In this document: piece after piece, positions 54,220 to 64,000 of the stretch
Position numbering within the stretch: position 1 is the stretch's first letter
Layout: each line of letters begins with the position of its first letter
From: Emiliania huxleyi CCMP1516
Taxonomy: Eukaryota
Direction: 5' to 3'
DNA: 64,000 bases
NCBI RefSeq assembly: GCF_000372725.1
Contig: NW_005201338.1
Location: 290,041 to 354,040, forward strand
Translations under genes and position numbers: made by a program
The notes under the pieces: model-generated
The model's database searches: none
Seen by the model: only the letters and a program-made list of their open reading frames with translations
What the model was told of the DNA's origin: nothing

Positions 54220-55434
54220 TCAATTCAGTTCAAGGCGTTCAAGGCGCGTCAATTCGGAGTCCTCGGTCGCATCATTTGCTGGTGCTGGTGCTGGTGGTGC
54301 TGCTGCTGCCGCCGACGCTTCCTCCTTGAAGTCTCCCTTGGCGGGAGGCGGCTTGCCGGTGAACTTGTCGTGCGTGATGATGCGCGCATTCGGCTGCGTG
54401 CCGAGCGGATTGGGCGTCGAGTGCGCGGCGAACCATGCGCCGACGCGCCCGGTGACAAGCCGGAAGTAGCATCGGTGCTGTCCCTTCTCGAGCGGCCGCG
54501 ACTCGTGCGGCGTGTGGTCGGTCATCCAGAAGAGCTGCTCGGCCTGCAGGCTGATCGGCCAAAGAACGCGTTGCACGCCGCCTTCAATCAGGTGCGCCGA
54601 GCCGATGGTGTCGCCTGCGCCATCCTCATAGCGCGCTTTGGCGGACAACGGCATAATCTCGTTCAGAATGGGCCGCAGGTGCTCAACATCGCCACCCGCG
54701 CCCACGAGGATCTCGGGGACGCGGCAATTGTAGACGTGCGTAGAGTCGTCCACATCCGACGCCATGAATATGCCTCCGGTGAACTCGCCATGCAGCGCGT
54801 CTCCGTAGCCCCAAGGCTCCCAGACCCGTTCGCGCACGCATTCTTGCTTGCCAGCCTCGAACGGCAGGTACGCGAATCCCTCAGTGTGAAGGCCCGAGCG
54901 GCGCTGCGACTCGCCCTCGTTGACGACGCTCTCCTGCACCGTCAGGTAGGCGATGCGCATGTCCTCTGGCATTGGCGTGGCCTGAGCTTTCGCCTGCCCA
55001 ACGCTGTACTTTGGCTTCCGTTGCTCATCCCTGCAGCCTCTCAGGTTGTTGCGGCAGACTTTGATCATGTAGCCATAGTCCTTTTGCAAGTCGGCGGGCA
55101 GAGTCGAGAGGTCGTCGAGACGAAAGGGCATCATGTTCACGTTGCGGCCTTTGGGCGTCGGGAAGCTGACGTCGTCCACGTGCGCGAATGCAACGCATTC
55201 CTTGTCCGCGCGAAGCGCGTCGAGCGCCCGCTCGCGCTCCACGAGCACCCAGATGGCCTCGAGCACGTCCACGTGGCCCGCGAGCTTGCAGAGCGGGCTG
55301 CCCTCGTCGCGCGTGCCAAGCAGCACGGTGCAAAGCGTCGCGTCGAGGGGACGACGAGTCGCGGCGGCGGGTGGTGTGGGCGACGACGGCGATGCTGTCG
55401 GCGGCGACGACGACGATGACGCGGAGGAAGCCAT
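54220..55434 (-). CDS. Hypothetical protein, possible 2OG-Fe(II)/cupin fold
   Basis: 404-aa ATG ORF; QRRSGLHTE (HxE), TPHES, RCYFRL in double-stranded beta-helix order. Confidence 0.7.
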   Translation of the reverse strand: MASSASSSSSPPTASPSSPTPPAAATRRPLDATLCTVLLGTRDEGSPLCKLAGHVDVLEAIWVLVERERALDALRADKECVAFAHVDDVSFPTPKGRNVNMMPFRLDDLSTLPADLQKDYGYMIKVCRNNLRGCRDEQRKPKYSVGQAKAQATPMPEDMRIAYLTVQESVVNEGESQRRSGLHTEGFAYLPFEAGKQECVRERVWEPWGYGDALHGEFTGGIFMASDVDDSTHVYNCRVPEILVGAGGDVEHLRPILNEIMPLSAKARYEDGAGDTIGSAHLIEGGVQRVLWPISLQAEQLFWMTDHTPHESRPLEKGQHRCYFRLVTGRVGAWFAAHSTPNPLGTQPNARIITHDKFTGKPPPAKGDFKEEASAAAAAPPAPAPANDATEDSELTRLERLELN

Positions 55435-55545
55435 CCCGGCGGGGATGGTGTTGCGCGGCGTCGCCTCCGTCCGTCCTCGCGGACGCTGACCGACTCCTCA
55501 CATAACACGAACCCCCGACCACGCACCTGGGGCGCGGTCGGCTCT

Positions 55546-55924
55546 ATGCTGTTCGTGGCGCTCCTGCACCTGGCGACGCCGCTCGAGCCACCACAAGTGC
55601 CGCGTCTCAACCTCTACCCGCCCCGCCGAGTTGCGCTGCTCGTGGAGCCCACACCATTCACGCACATCAGCGGCTACTCCAATCGCTTCAAGGAGATGCT
55701 CCGCTTCCTGGTCGCTGCTGGCGACGAGGTGCACAGGCTGGTGGTGCGCTGTCGCCCGACCACACCGAACCGCCTCCACCTCGCCTGGAATAGGTGACTG
55801 TGATCACGCCGGACGACACACCGGAGCGGCCGCGCTCTTTCCTCGGCGTACCGATCACCTACCTGCCCGGCTTCCGCCTTCTTTTCTACAAGCAGGCGAC
55901 ACTGCACTCGCGCCACCGCCGCTG

Positions 55925-55990
<66 letters not shown>

Positions 55991-58900
55991 TCCCTCTCCC
56001 TCACACCCTCACCCTCACCCTCGCCCTCGCCCCAGCCTTCAACCCTCCCCCTCCCCTCGTGTCCAGCGCACCGAACTGCTCCTGGAGGCGTGAGCAGACG
56101 CTCCTCACACCTCGTCAGGTCCAGCTCTCGCTCGACTGCCGCCGCGTCGCCCTCCGCGCCCTCCGCTCCTTCCGGCCAAGCCTCCTCCACGTCTCTGCCC
56201 TGTGAATAGTATAGCTGTGAACAGTACAGCTGTGAATAGGCCAAGCCTCCTCCACGTCTCTGCCTGTGAATAGTATAGCTGTGAACAGTACAGCTGTGAA
56301 TAGGCCAAGCCTCCTCCACGTCTCTGCCCCCGGCGTCCTCGCCCTGCCCGCCATCTTGTGCGCGCGCCTCCCGTCGCGCGCCTCTCTCTGTGTGAACGGC
56401 GACTCTTCACACACGCACCCGCACCCGCGAGTGCAGGTACTCTCGCCTCCTCTCCGTCCCTCTCGTCGTCTCGTACCACACACACCTCTCCGTCTACGCC
56501 GCGCGCTACGTCACCACCCCCGGCGCCGCCTCGCCTCGCCTCTGCTCTGCTCTGCTCTCCTCTCCTCTCCCCTGCTCTCCTCTGCTCTCCTCTGCTCTCC
56601 TCTCCTCTCCTCTCCTCTCCTCGCCTCTCCTCGCCTCGCCTCGCCTCTCCTCTCCTCTCCTCGCCTCGCCTCGCCTCGCCTCGCCTCGCCTCGCCTCGCC
56701 TCGCCTGTGTATGTTACCAAGGCCCGGACCCACAGGCTTGCGCTGGCTCGCGGTGAAGCTGGCAGACGCGCTGCTGCCCCGGCTGCTCAACTGCGCCGAC
56801 CTCACGCTCGCCACGAGCCCGCAGCTGCAGCAGCAGCTGCGCGCGCTCGGCTGCAGGCGCGTCGAGGGTGGGTTCGGGTACCGTGGGGTAGGGGAGGGTG
56901 GGTTCGGGTACCTTGGGGGGTAGGGGAGGCGCTCGGCTGCAGGCGCGTCGAGGTGTGGCGCAAGGGCGTCGACACGCTCACTTTCTCGCCCGCCTTCAAC
57001 GTCTCCAACGCCCACGCCCGGCACGCGCTGACGGGCGGGCAGCCGCACCGGCCGCCGCTGCTGTCGCTGGACTCGTGCCGCGTCTCCCGCCGCCGCCCTC
57101 CGAGAAATGGCCGAGATCGCGTAGGCCGCTGCTGCTGTACGTCGGGCGGCTCGTAAAAAAGAAATCCCGCACCTGGGCGATTTCTTTTTTAGGCCGCTGC
57201 TGCTGTACGTCGGGCGGCTCGGCGCGGAGAAGCGCGTCGAGCTGCTGCGGCCAGGCTGTCTCGGCTCTTTGGCCAGCGAAGGTGGTGACTCGGTCACAGG
57301 CGCGTCGAGCTGCTGCGGGCGGTGCTGGACGCGAGGCCGGACGCGACTTTGGCGATAGCAGAACTGTGAATAGTGCAGCTGTGAAGAGTGCAGCTGTGAA
57401 TAGGCCGGACGCGACTTTGGCGATCGTTGGCGGGGGGCCAGCGGAGGCGAGTTCACACCGTCCTATTCACAGCTGCACTCTTCACCGCTGTACTGTTCAC
57501 AGCTCTGCTCTCACACCGTCCTATTCACAGCTGCACTCTTCACAGCTGTACTGTTCACAGCTCTGCTCTCACACCGTCCTATTCACAGCTGCACTCTTCA
57601 CCGCTGTACTGTTCACAGCTCTGCTCTCACACCGTCCTATTCACAGCTGCACTCTTCACCGCTGTACTGTTCACAGCTCTGCTCTCACACCGTCCCTCAC
57701 CAACGGTCAACACCTCCCTCTGACTGGTCTGCCCGGAGGCGAGTTTGCGCCGCGAGTTTGCCGGTGCGGCGGCGGTGTTTGCCGGCGTTCTGCGGGGGCG
57801 AGGACCTCTCGTAAAAAAGAAATCCCCGCGCATCGGCGATTTCACTTTTACTAGGCGTTCTGCAGGGCGAGGACCTCTCGCGCGCGTACGCGGCGGCGGA
57901 CGTCTTTGTGAGTGCCCGCCGAGTCGCCGGGCGACAGCCGCGTGACACGATTGCGGTGAGGCGTCCTGGTGGTTGGGCGCAGGTGATGCCCTCCGACTCG
58001 GAGACGCTGGGTTTCGTCGTGCTCGAGGCGATGGCTTCGGGCGTGCCCGCCGTCGCCGCCGACGCGGGCGGGCTGAGATTAGCCGAGATTGAGCCGAGAT
58101 TAGCCGAGATTAGCCGAGGTGCGCCGAGATGCGCCGAGATTAGCCGCCGACGCATGGCGGGCTGTCTGTTCTGGTGGCGGCCGTGACAAAAAAGGAGACG
58201 CGGGCCGCGCACACACGCAAGCTGTGGGCAGGCGGGCTGTCGAGCCTGGTGGCGGACGGCGAGACGGGGCTGCTGTTCACGCTCAGCTGTGAAGAGTACA
58301 GCTGTGAACAGTACAGCTGTGAATAGGCGAGACGGGGCTGCTCTTCACGCCGAACTGTGAAGAGTACAGCTGTGAACAGTACAGCGGTGAATAGGCGAGA
58401 CGGGGCTGCTTTTCACGCCGAGCTGTGAAGAGTACAGCTGTGAACAGTACAGCTGTGAATAGGCGAGACGGGTCTGCTCTTCACGCCGGGCGACGGGGCC
58501 GACCTGGCGGCGAAGGTTGGGCGGCTGGCCGGGGAGCCTAGAAGCTGAACCCCGTCTTCCCTGTACTCCCACCAGCGCTCGAGAGGAGCACGTCTTCCGC
58601 CGCATTCGGCCGCATTCGGCTGTGTGTGAGAGGCCTCTGATCGGCTACTACGATCTCGACTTCACAAGTCCACTTCACAAATCTGCCCCCGTGTCCCGCA
58701 GATCGACGATCCGCGGCTGCGGTGGGAGATGGGCCGAGCGGCGTGCGCCGAGGCGCGGCAGCGCGGCGTGAGACCCTCCGTCGCGAGGAGACGGGCTCCG
58801 CGTGGCTTGACCGCCACCCGGCACTTGCCACCAGGCGAGGCGGTGGAGCTGGGAGGCGGCCACGTCGGTGCTGCGCAACGAGCAGTACGCGCTGGCGGAG

Positions 58901-59023
58901 AGCCGCTTCCGGGAGCGGCAGCGGTGGGTCGAGGCGAAGCTGGAGGCGTGGCGGAGTCCGCTGACGCGACTGCGGAAGCGCCGCCCCCACCGGACGCGAC
59001 CGAGCGTGGCCGCGTTTGCGTGA
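55546..59023 (+). CDS. SQD2: Sulfoquinovosyltransferase-like GT4 glycosyltransferase, many introns
   Basis: RRVALLVEPTPFTHISGYSNRF, SYHTHL, VWRKGVD, LLYVGRLGAEK, VMPSDSETLGFVVLEAMASGVP, WEAATSVLRNEQY. Confidence 0.85.
55924..56032. repeat. (ACCCTC)n telomere-variant hexamer inside an intron
   Basis: Directly visible. Confidence 0.9.
56527..56706. repeat. (CTCGC/CTCTC/CTCTG)n pentamer tract inside an intron
   Basis: Directly visible. Confidence 0.9.
57454..57695 (-). repeat. 4 x 58-bp tandem of the CTGTGAA element in reverse orientation
   Basis: Units start at 57454, 57512, 57570 and 57628. Confidence 0.9.
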
Positions 59024-59359
59024 CAGCATCGTTTTGACTTTTGTCGGGAGATGTGTTTCCGTGGTACTCGAGTACAGAAAACCCCTTGGAGGTTGGAGCA
59101 CTTGGTCTTGGAGTAGTGCAGTCGACTTTTCTCGGCGGTGTAACCGCGCCCTGGGGTTGCGGGGGTCGCACGGCCATAACGGGATTCGACGAATTCTTTT
59201 GACCGCGATATGCATGCACATGTCATGCACAACATGTGCATGTGCATGTGCATGTGCATGTGACATGTGTGCATATGTCCACCTCGGTCCTCTCGCCGCC
59301 GCCGCTCGCGCCGCCTCGCCCCCGCCGCCACCGCCGCGCCCTCGCCAGACACGCCGCCG

Positions 59360-59445
59360 CCCACTCGCCTCCTCGACCTCCCCACGGAGCTCCTCCTGCG
59401 CGCCCTCTCTCACTGCCACAGCCCCCTCGACATCGCTCGCCCGTC
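59360..59445 (+). pseudogene. F-box-like fragment
   Basis: TRLLDLPTELLLRALSHC; runs into (GT)n. Confidence 0.35.
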
Positions 59446-59557
59446 GCGGCCGTCTCAAAAGTCGGTCGAGAGTACCGGTGGGGGACGCGCCCATCCGCTC
59501 GATGGGTGTCAGGAGTCGATCGCCTGCGCCAGGAGCGAGCACGGGAGTCGTCGCGAT

Positions 59558-59669
<112 letters not shown>

Positions 59670-59896
59670 GAGTCGTAGCGGCGTGGCGCTGGGCTTGAGA
59701 GAGGGACGAGGGCGCGGCGGCGCGGGCGGCCGGTGGGGCGCGTGAGGTCCGTACCTTCGCGACGGGCGGGCAGGCTCGATACGGCCGCTGGCCGGGGCGG
59801 CCGCTCGACCGGCCGCCGCGGTCGTTCCGGCGGCGGCGGCGGCGGCGGCGTCGCGAGCGAACTGGCTCGCATTGGACGAGCGACCCTCTTCACAGT

Positions 59897-60135
59897 CGCG
59901 GTGTACCAGTTGCGGACTTGTGTCGCCGAGGTGGCCCCCTTGGGAGGGGAGATACGACGAGAGAAGGGTAGCCAAGTTAGTGGACGAAGTGGAAGCTTGC
60001 GTGTCGGTCCCCGTTGAAGTCTTGAGAGTATGAGTCGGTCTGTCTTTCTGTGCCCATTCTGATCAGGAGCTGAATCTGTGTCTCGGTCGATCTTGAGAGC
60101 CTTTCTTTTTCCAGCCGCCTGTCTTCTGTCGCAGC
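59897..60135 (+). repeat. Second copy of the ~235-bp repeat
   Basis: Matches 49983-50220. Confidence 0.9.
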
Positions 60136-60334
60136 CAGGCGCCTAGCGCAGCGCCTCCTAAATTCCAATTTGGCTCGCCAACAAGCCCTCCGCGCCCCCA
60201 CACGCCGAGAAAATACTTTTTCGTTCGCGAGGTATCCCAGGGGTACCCGAGGGGGACACGAGGAGAGCTGCGGGCTTGCTTTGGTTCGGTCTACAACCCC
60301 GACGGCCATCAGCCGAGGCAGGTCGTCACTCAAC

Positions 60335-62210
60335 ATGCCCACGCTCTCGATCAAGTCGCCGTCGATGCCGTCGATGCCGTCGATGCCGTCTTTCAAAGGG
60401 ATGAAGTCGCCCTCCATGCCATCCTTGCCCTCCAATGTCCTGGCAAAGGGCGGGATCGGAGGCCTCGCCAAAAAGCTGTCGTCGAGCAGCATCTCGCACG
60501 ATGGCGACGCCCTGGTGGGTGGCTCCGTCGACTTTGAGGTGGTGGTGCGCGAGCAGCAGGGAGGCGAGGAGAGGGCCTACGCCACCACGCTCACCAAGAC
60601 GATGCTCGCCAAGCCCCTCTCAAAGGCGCTGATCGGCCCTCTCCTCTCGGAGCTTGGTGAGCCTGCACCCCGCGGCTGCCACGGCGCATTGGGCGCGGGA
60701 CGCGACGCCGTGCACTCGCCGCCTCGCCGTAGGCAAGCAGGATCGCAACGCGTGCCGGTTCAAGATCTGCCACGTGGTTGGCGTCGGCGTGGATGACGAG
60801 CAGCTGCACGCGTGGGCCATCTATCGGCTGTCGGTGCGCAAGTTGCTCAAGGCAAAGGCGGAGAGCGAGGGCGGCACGCTCGTCGAAGGGGACAAGTTCC
60901 GGGTCACCGTGACTCTCCGCTCCGAAGAGGAGCTCCAAGTGATGCGCTCTGCGCGTGAGGCTGCGGCAAAGAGCCTGATCTTGTCGCGCAAGGGCGCCGT
61001 CTTCCTCATCCACGGACCCGAGGGGGAGCCCCTCGCCGCAAAGGTTGGCCCCGGATGGCTCAAGAAGACGGCGCGCCCCGCCGCGCCCCCTCTCCCCAGC
61101 GGCCCCCCGCCCCCGGCGCCTCCGTGCGGCCCCATTGCACGGCACCTGCGCACGGCATCTGCAGCAATGTCCACCGCCCCGCACGTGCCCCCGCAGGTGC
61201 GCGCCTCCCTCATCCAGCCCTTTTTGCAAGCCTACAACGAGCAGGGCCACGTGCGGCAGTGGGTGCGCGAGGACGACCTGCTCGGCGTCACCGTGCGAGC
61301 GTACGACGCGCCGGCCGGCCGGGGCACCTACTTCGACACCTGGGAGCACCGCCCCTTCGAGCAGCGCTGCGTCGACCTTCTCGCAGGGAGACGCGAACCC
61401 CTGCCCCACCCTTCCCCAGCCCTCCCGCCCCGCCCTCGATGGGCCAGCTCTCACCCTCCCCCGCCACGGCGCTCACAGGAGCTGCACTGTCCTCGTCCTC
61501 CGCATCCGCGGCGGCAGCTGGGAGGAGCCCTCCTCGCCGCAGTCCAGCTCGCACGAGGCATCGATGCACGGCGCCGGCGGCCCCACGCACGGCTTCTCGC
61601 CGCGCCCAAAGGCGGCCGCCCAGGGGTCCTACCGCCTCTCGGCCGGGGACGTGCAGGCCGAGATGGCGTCGCCGGAGCCGTCCGGCGCGAATCCGTTCCT
61701 CGCCGCCTCCCCCTTCAGCGCCGAGGAGGCGGCCGTGCCACCCGCCGCCCGCCGAGTAGCCCCATCGCGCAGCGGCCGACCCCTTGCGCCCACCCCGCCC
61801 GCCCGACTGCCACGCGGCCTCGCCACGCCTCTTTGGCGCCTATGCCTCGAGCCTATGCCCGCTGTGCCCCCGGAGACCTTACGATGAAATTCTTCGAGCA
61901 GCCCTGGACAAACACGCCCCCCCCCCCCCCCCCCCCCTCAGGAGAACCTCCTGGACATGGAGCTCTCTTNNNNNNNNNNNNNNNNNNNNNNNNNNNNNNN
62001 NNNNNNNNNNNNNNNNNNNNNNNNNNNNNNNNNNNNNNNNNNNNNNNNNNNNNNNNNNNNNNNNNNNNNNNNNNNCCCACCCACCATACGCCGGCCACCG
62101 GCCGGACCCCAACTCGGTGCGCGTACCTGCAGGCGGAAACCTTCTCTCCGCCTGGCTTTGCGGTGAGCAGCAACCCCTTCCTCTCTCCCGGCTCCGTCTC
62201 CTACCTCTGA
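60335..62210 (+). CDS. Hypothetical multi-exon protein spanning a gap
   Basis: ATG 60335 with PSM repeats; exon-like segments with gt..ag boundaries (e.g. near 60657-60732); stop at 62210. Confidence 0.5.
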
Positions 62211-62657
62211 GAGAGCGGCGGGCCGCGCATTCGGTGGCTCCGGCTACCATCCTACTAGCATGTGGCGCAGCCTCCTGGCATAGGGAGTCGGGGCGAGCAG
62301 CCCCTTCCCGACTGGCCGCACGGCCTACCTTGGTCGAGGCGCTCGCCCCGGGAGAGCCTTGAGAGGAGCCCGGTACGGCTCACTCGCTGGCGCAGCAGCG
62401 GCACACGGCTTCTGATCGAGCAACGTGCGACGTGGGCTGCGGCCGGCCTCGCGAGGCAGCGATGTGTACACCATCGTCGCGCCGGGCAGTTCATGCGCAC
62501 AGACACACAAATATCACAATCGTCGCGTCCTCCTCTTGTTTGTACGTTGTGAGACCGGTTGTGTACGTTCTACGGGATATCTGCCGTTGCCTGGCTGGTC
62601 CATCCACTGGACTTCGCGGGGTACCCAGGCGCGAGCGGTACCCTTTCTTTGCGCCTT

Positions 62658-63366
62658 TGGAGCACTTGGAGCGTGTGCAGTGTTATATAGCAGCCGCACA
62701 TCCACACACCTTCATCCAGGGCCGGGGAGCTAAGACTTAGGCTAAGAAGCGCACCAGCGGGCCAGATGATTGGGATCGGGTTACGGGCTAGATAGCCCTA
62801 GCCTTGGAGCAGCAATCAGCGCCTTTTTTCTTTCCAGTACGCGCCAGTCCCGTGCCCAGTCGTGCGAGGGAGTTTTCTTGTAAACTCCTGTGTTAGTGCC
62901 AGTGCGCGCCAGTCCCGTGCCCAGTCGTGCGAGGGAGCTTTCTTGTAAACTTCTTTTTAGGATGTGCCGGCGCGGTGTGTGTGCCAGTCCGCGCCGGCAG
63001 TCCGCGCCCTTGTGTCGTGCCACAGCGTGCTGTGTGAGAGGTTTGAGGTAGGTAGGTAGAAAGGTGAAGAACAGTCAGGCTCGGACTGGGCACCAACGCG
63101 GTATGCGTGGACGCTGGACAGATGATGACGACACGCACGAGCGACACACAGACACAAACAGGCTCACAAGACACACAGCCAGCTGGCTGCCACACACCCT
63201 GAGTTGGCGTACACATAACTCAAGGCCACATCCTCCCTGTCGCCCCCCCCAGCACTCCAAGGTGCCAAAGGACACAAACAAGGGCACAACAACACAACAG
63301 ACGACAGGAAGTAACATGCGAGGCTAGAGCAGGCTTGCTCCACCTCTAGCAATCTCGCCGGCCGGC
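62658..63366 (-). mobile_element. Cluster of repeat families B, A and C, all reverse
   Basis: Matches to 19218-19412, 23727-23795 and 18885-19215. Confidence 0.8.
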
Positions 63367-64000
63367 GAACTGGTTGGGTAGTAGTCTAAGTTCTGAGCCT
63401 CGACGCCTAGCGGGTCTAAGTGTGCCTAGGCACGCTGGGGTGCTTGCGCGGTCTAAGGTCAGCGGGAGCCTCTTACATCGGCTAAGTCGGCCGTGGCACG
63501 GCCTGGGGCCAAGAGGCTCCCACCGTTATCGATACGGCGCTCCGCCCAAATTTTCTTCGCCTGCGGCGGGCGCCTACTAAAATCCGGATCGATCCTCCTC
63601 ATGCCTCAGCAATCGCCGCCTCAGCATCCATATCCATGCCAAGCACCGCCACGATCTTGAAGCAGAACACATCGCAACCGCATCGTCCGCACTGCCATCG
63701 GCATGCCGCGCCCGCCGCTTCGCCGCAGCCGCCTTAAGGCACGCATAGCGGCAGCACATGGTGGGGGGGGTACTTGAGCAGGCGTTGCGCGCCGCAAGTA
63801 GCGCACTGGCCCTGGGAGAAGGCGATATGGCGTCGTGCGCGGGCGGCATACGTTGGTCGGACGCGTCCAGGTATATTTCGGGTAAACCTGTTGACGTATC
63901 GGCGGCTAAGGCCGAGGCACGCCACTCATCGCCCCAGCGGTCCTGTATATCGCTGGACGGATGCGGAGTAAGCTCTCGAGGGCGCGAAGGGGGGGAAAGG

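Noticed and set aside
55924..56032. True telomere or chromosome fusion site
   Set aside because: Short variant hexamer inside an intron of a continuous gene
56174..58490. Repeat-spacer pattern resembling a CRISPR array
   Set aside because: Spacers within each cluster are identical copies of adjacent exon sequence; no cas genes; eukaryotic intron context

Overview
GC-rich eukaryotic genomic DNA with spliceosomal introns (many GC-AG), microsatellites and three N gaps. The style resembles a haptophyte alga such as Emiliania/Gephyrocapsa, but that is inference, not identification. Ordinary genes include a Mn-type CDF transporter, an AIM24-family protein, kinesin-9, VPS26, PP4R3/SMEK, an LCAT-family enzyme, SQD2 and 2OG-Fe(II) oxygenases, interleaved with retroelement remnants (copia, CRE-like, RNase H- and chromodomain-bearing LINE pieces) and MITEs. 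Two things stand out. (1) An intronless 2961-aa ORF (9232-18117) joins ~32 shuffled 35-aa ankyrin repeats, a WWE-like insert, a bacterial-type dynamin-like GTPase with a hydrophobic hairpin, a class-3 lipase and a SAM domain; it is a candidate NLR-analogous immune or cell-death receptor. (2) In the SQD2 gene at least eight predicted introns are bounded by 12-32 nt direct repeats of exon sequence, several built from one short CTGTGAA-repeat element ending AATAG; this is a candidate intron-generating mechanism that would create GC-AG introns. All family calls come from motif reading by eye; no searches were run.
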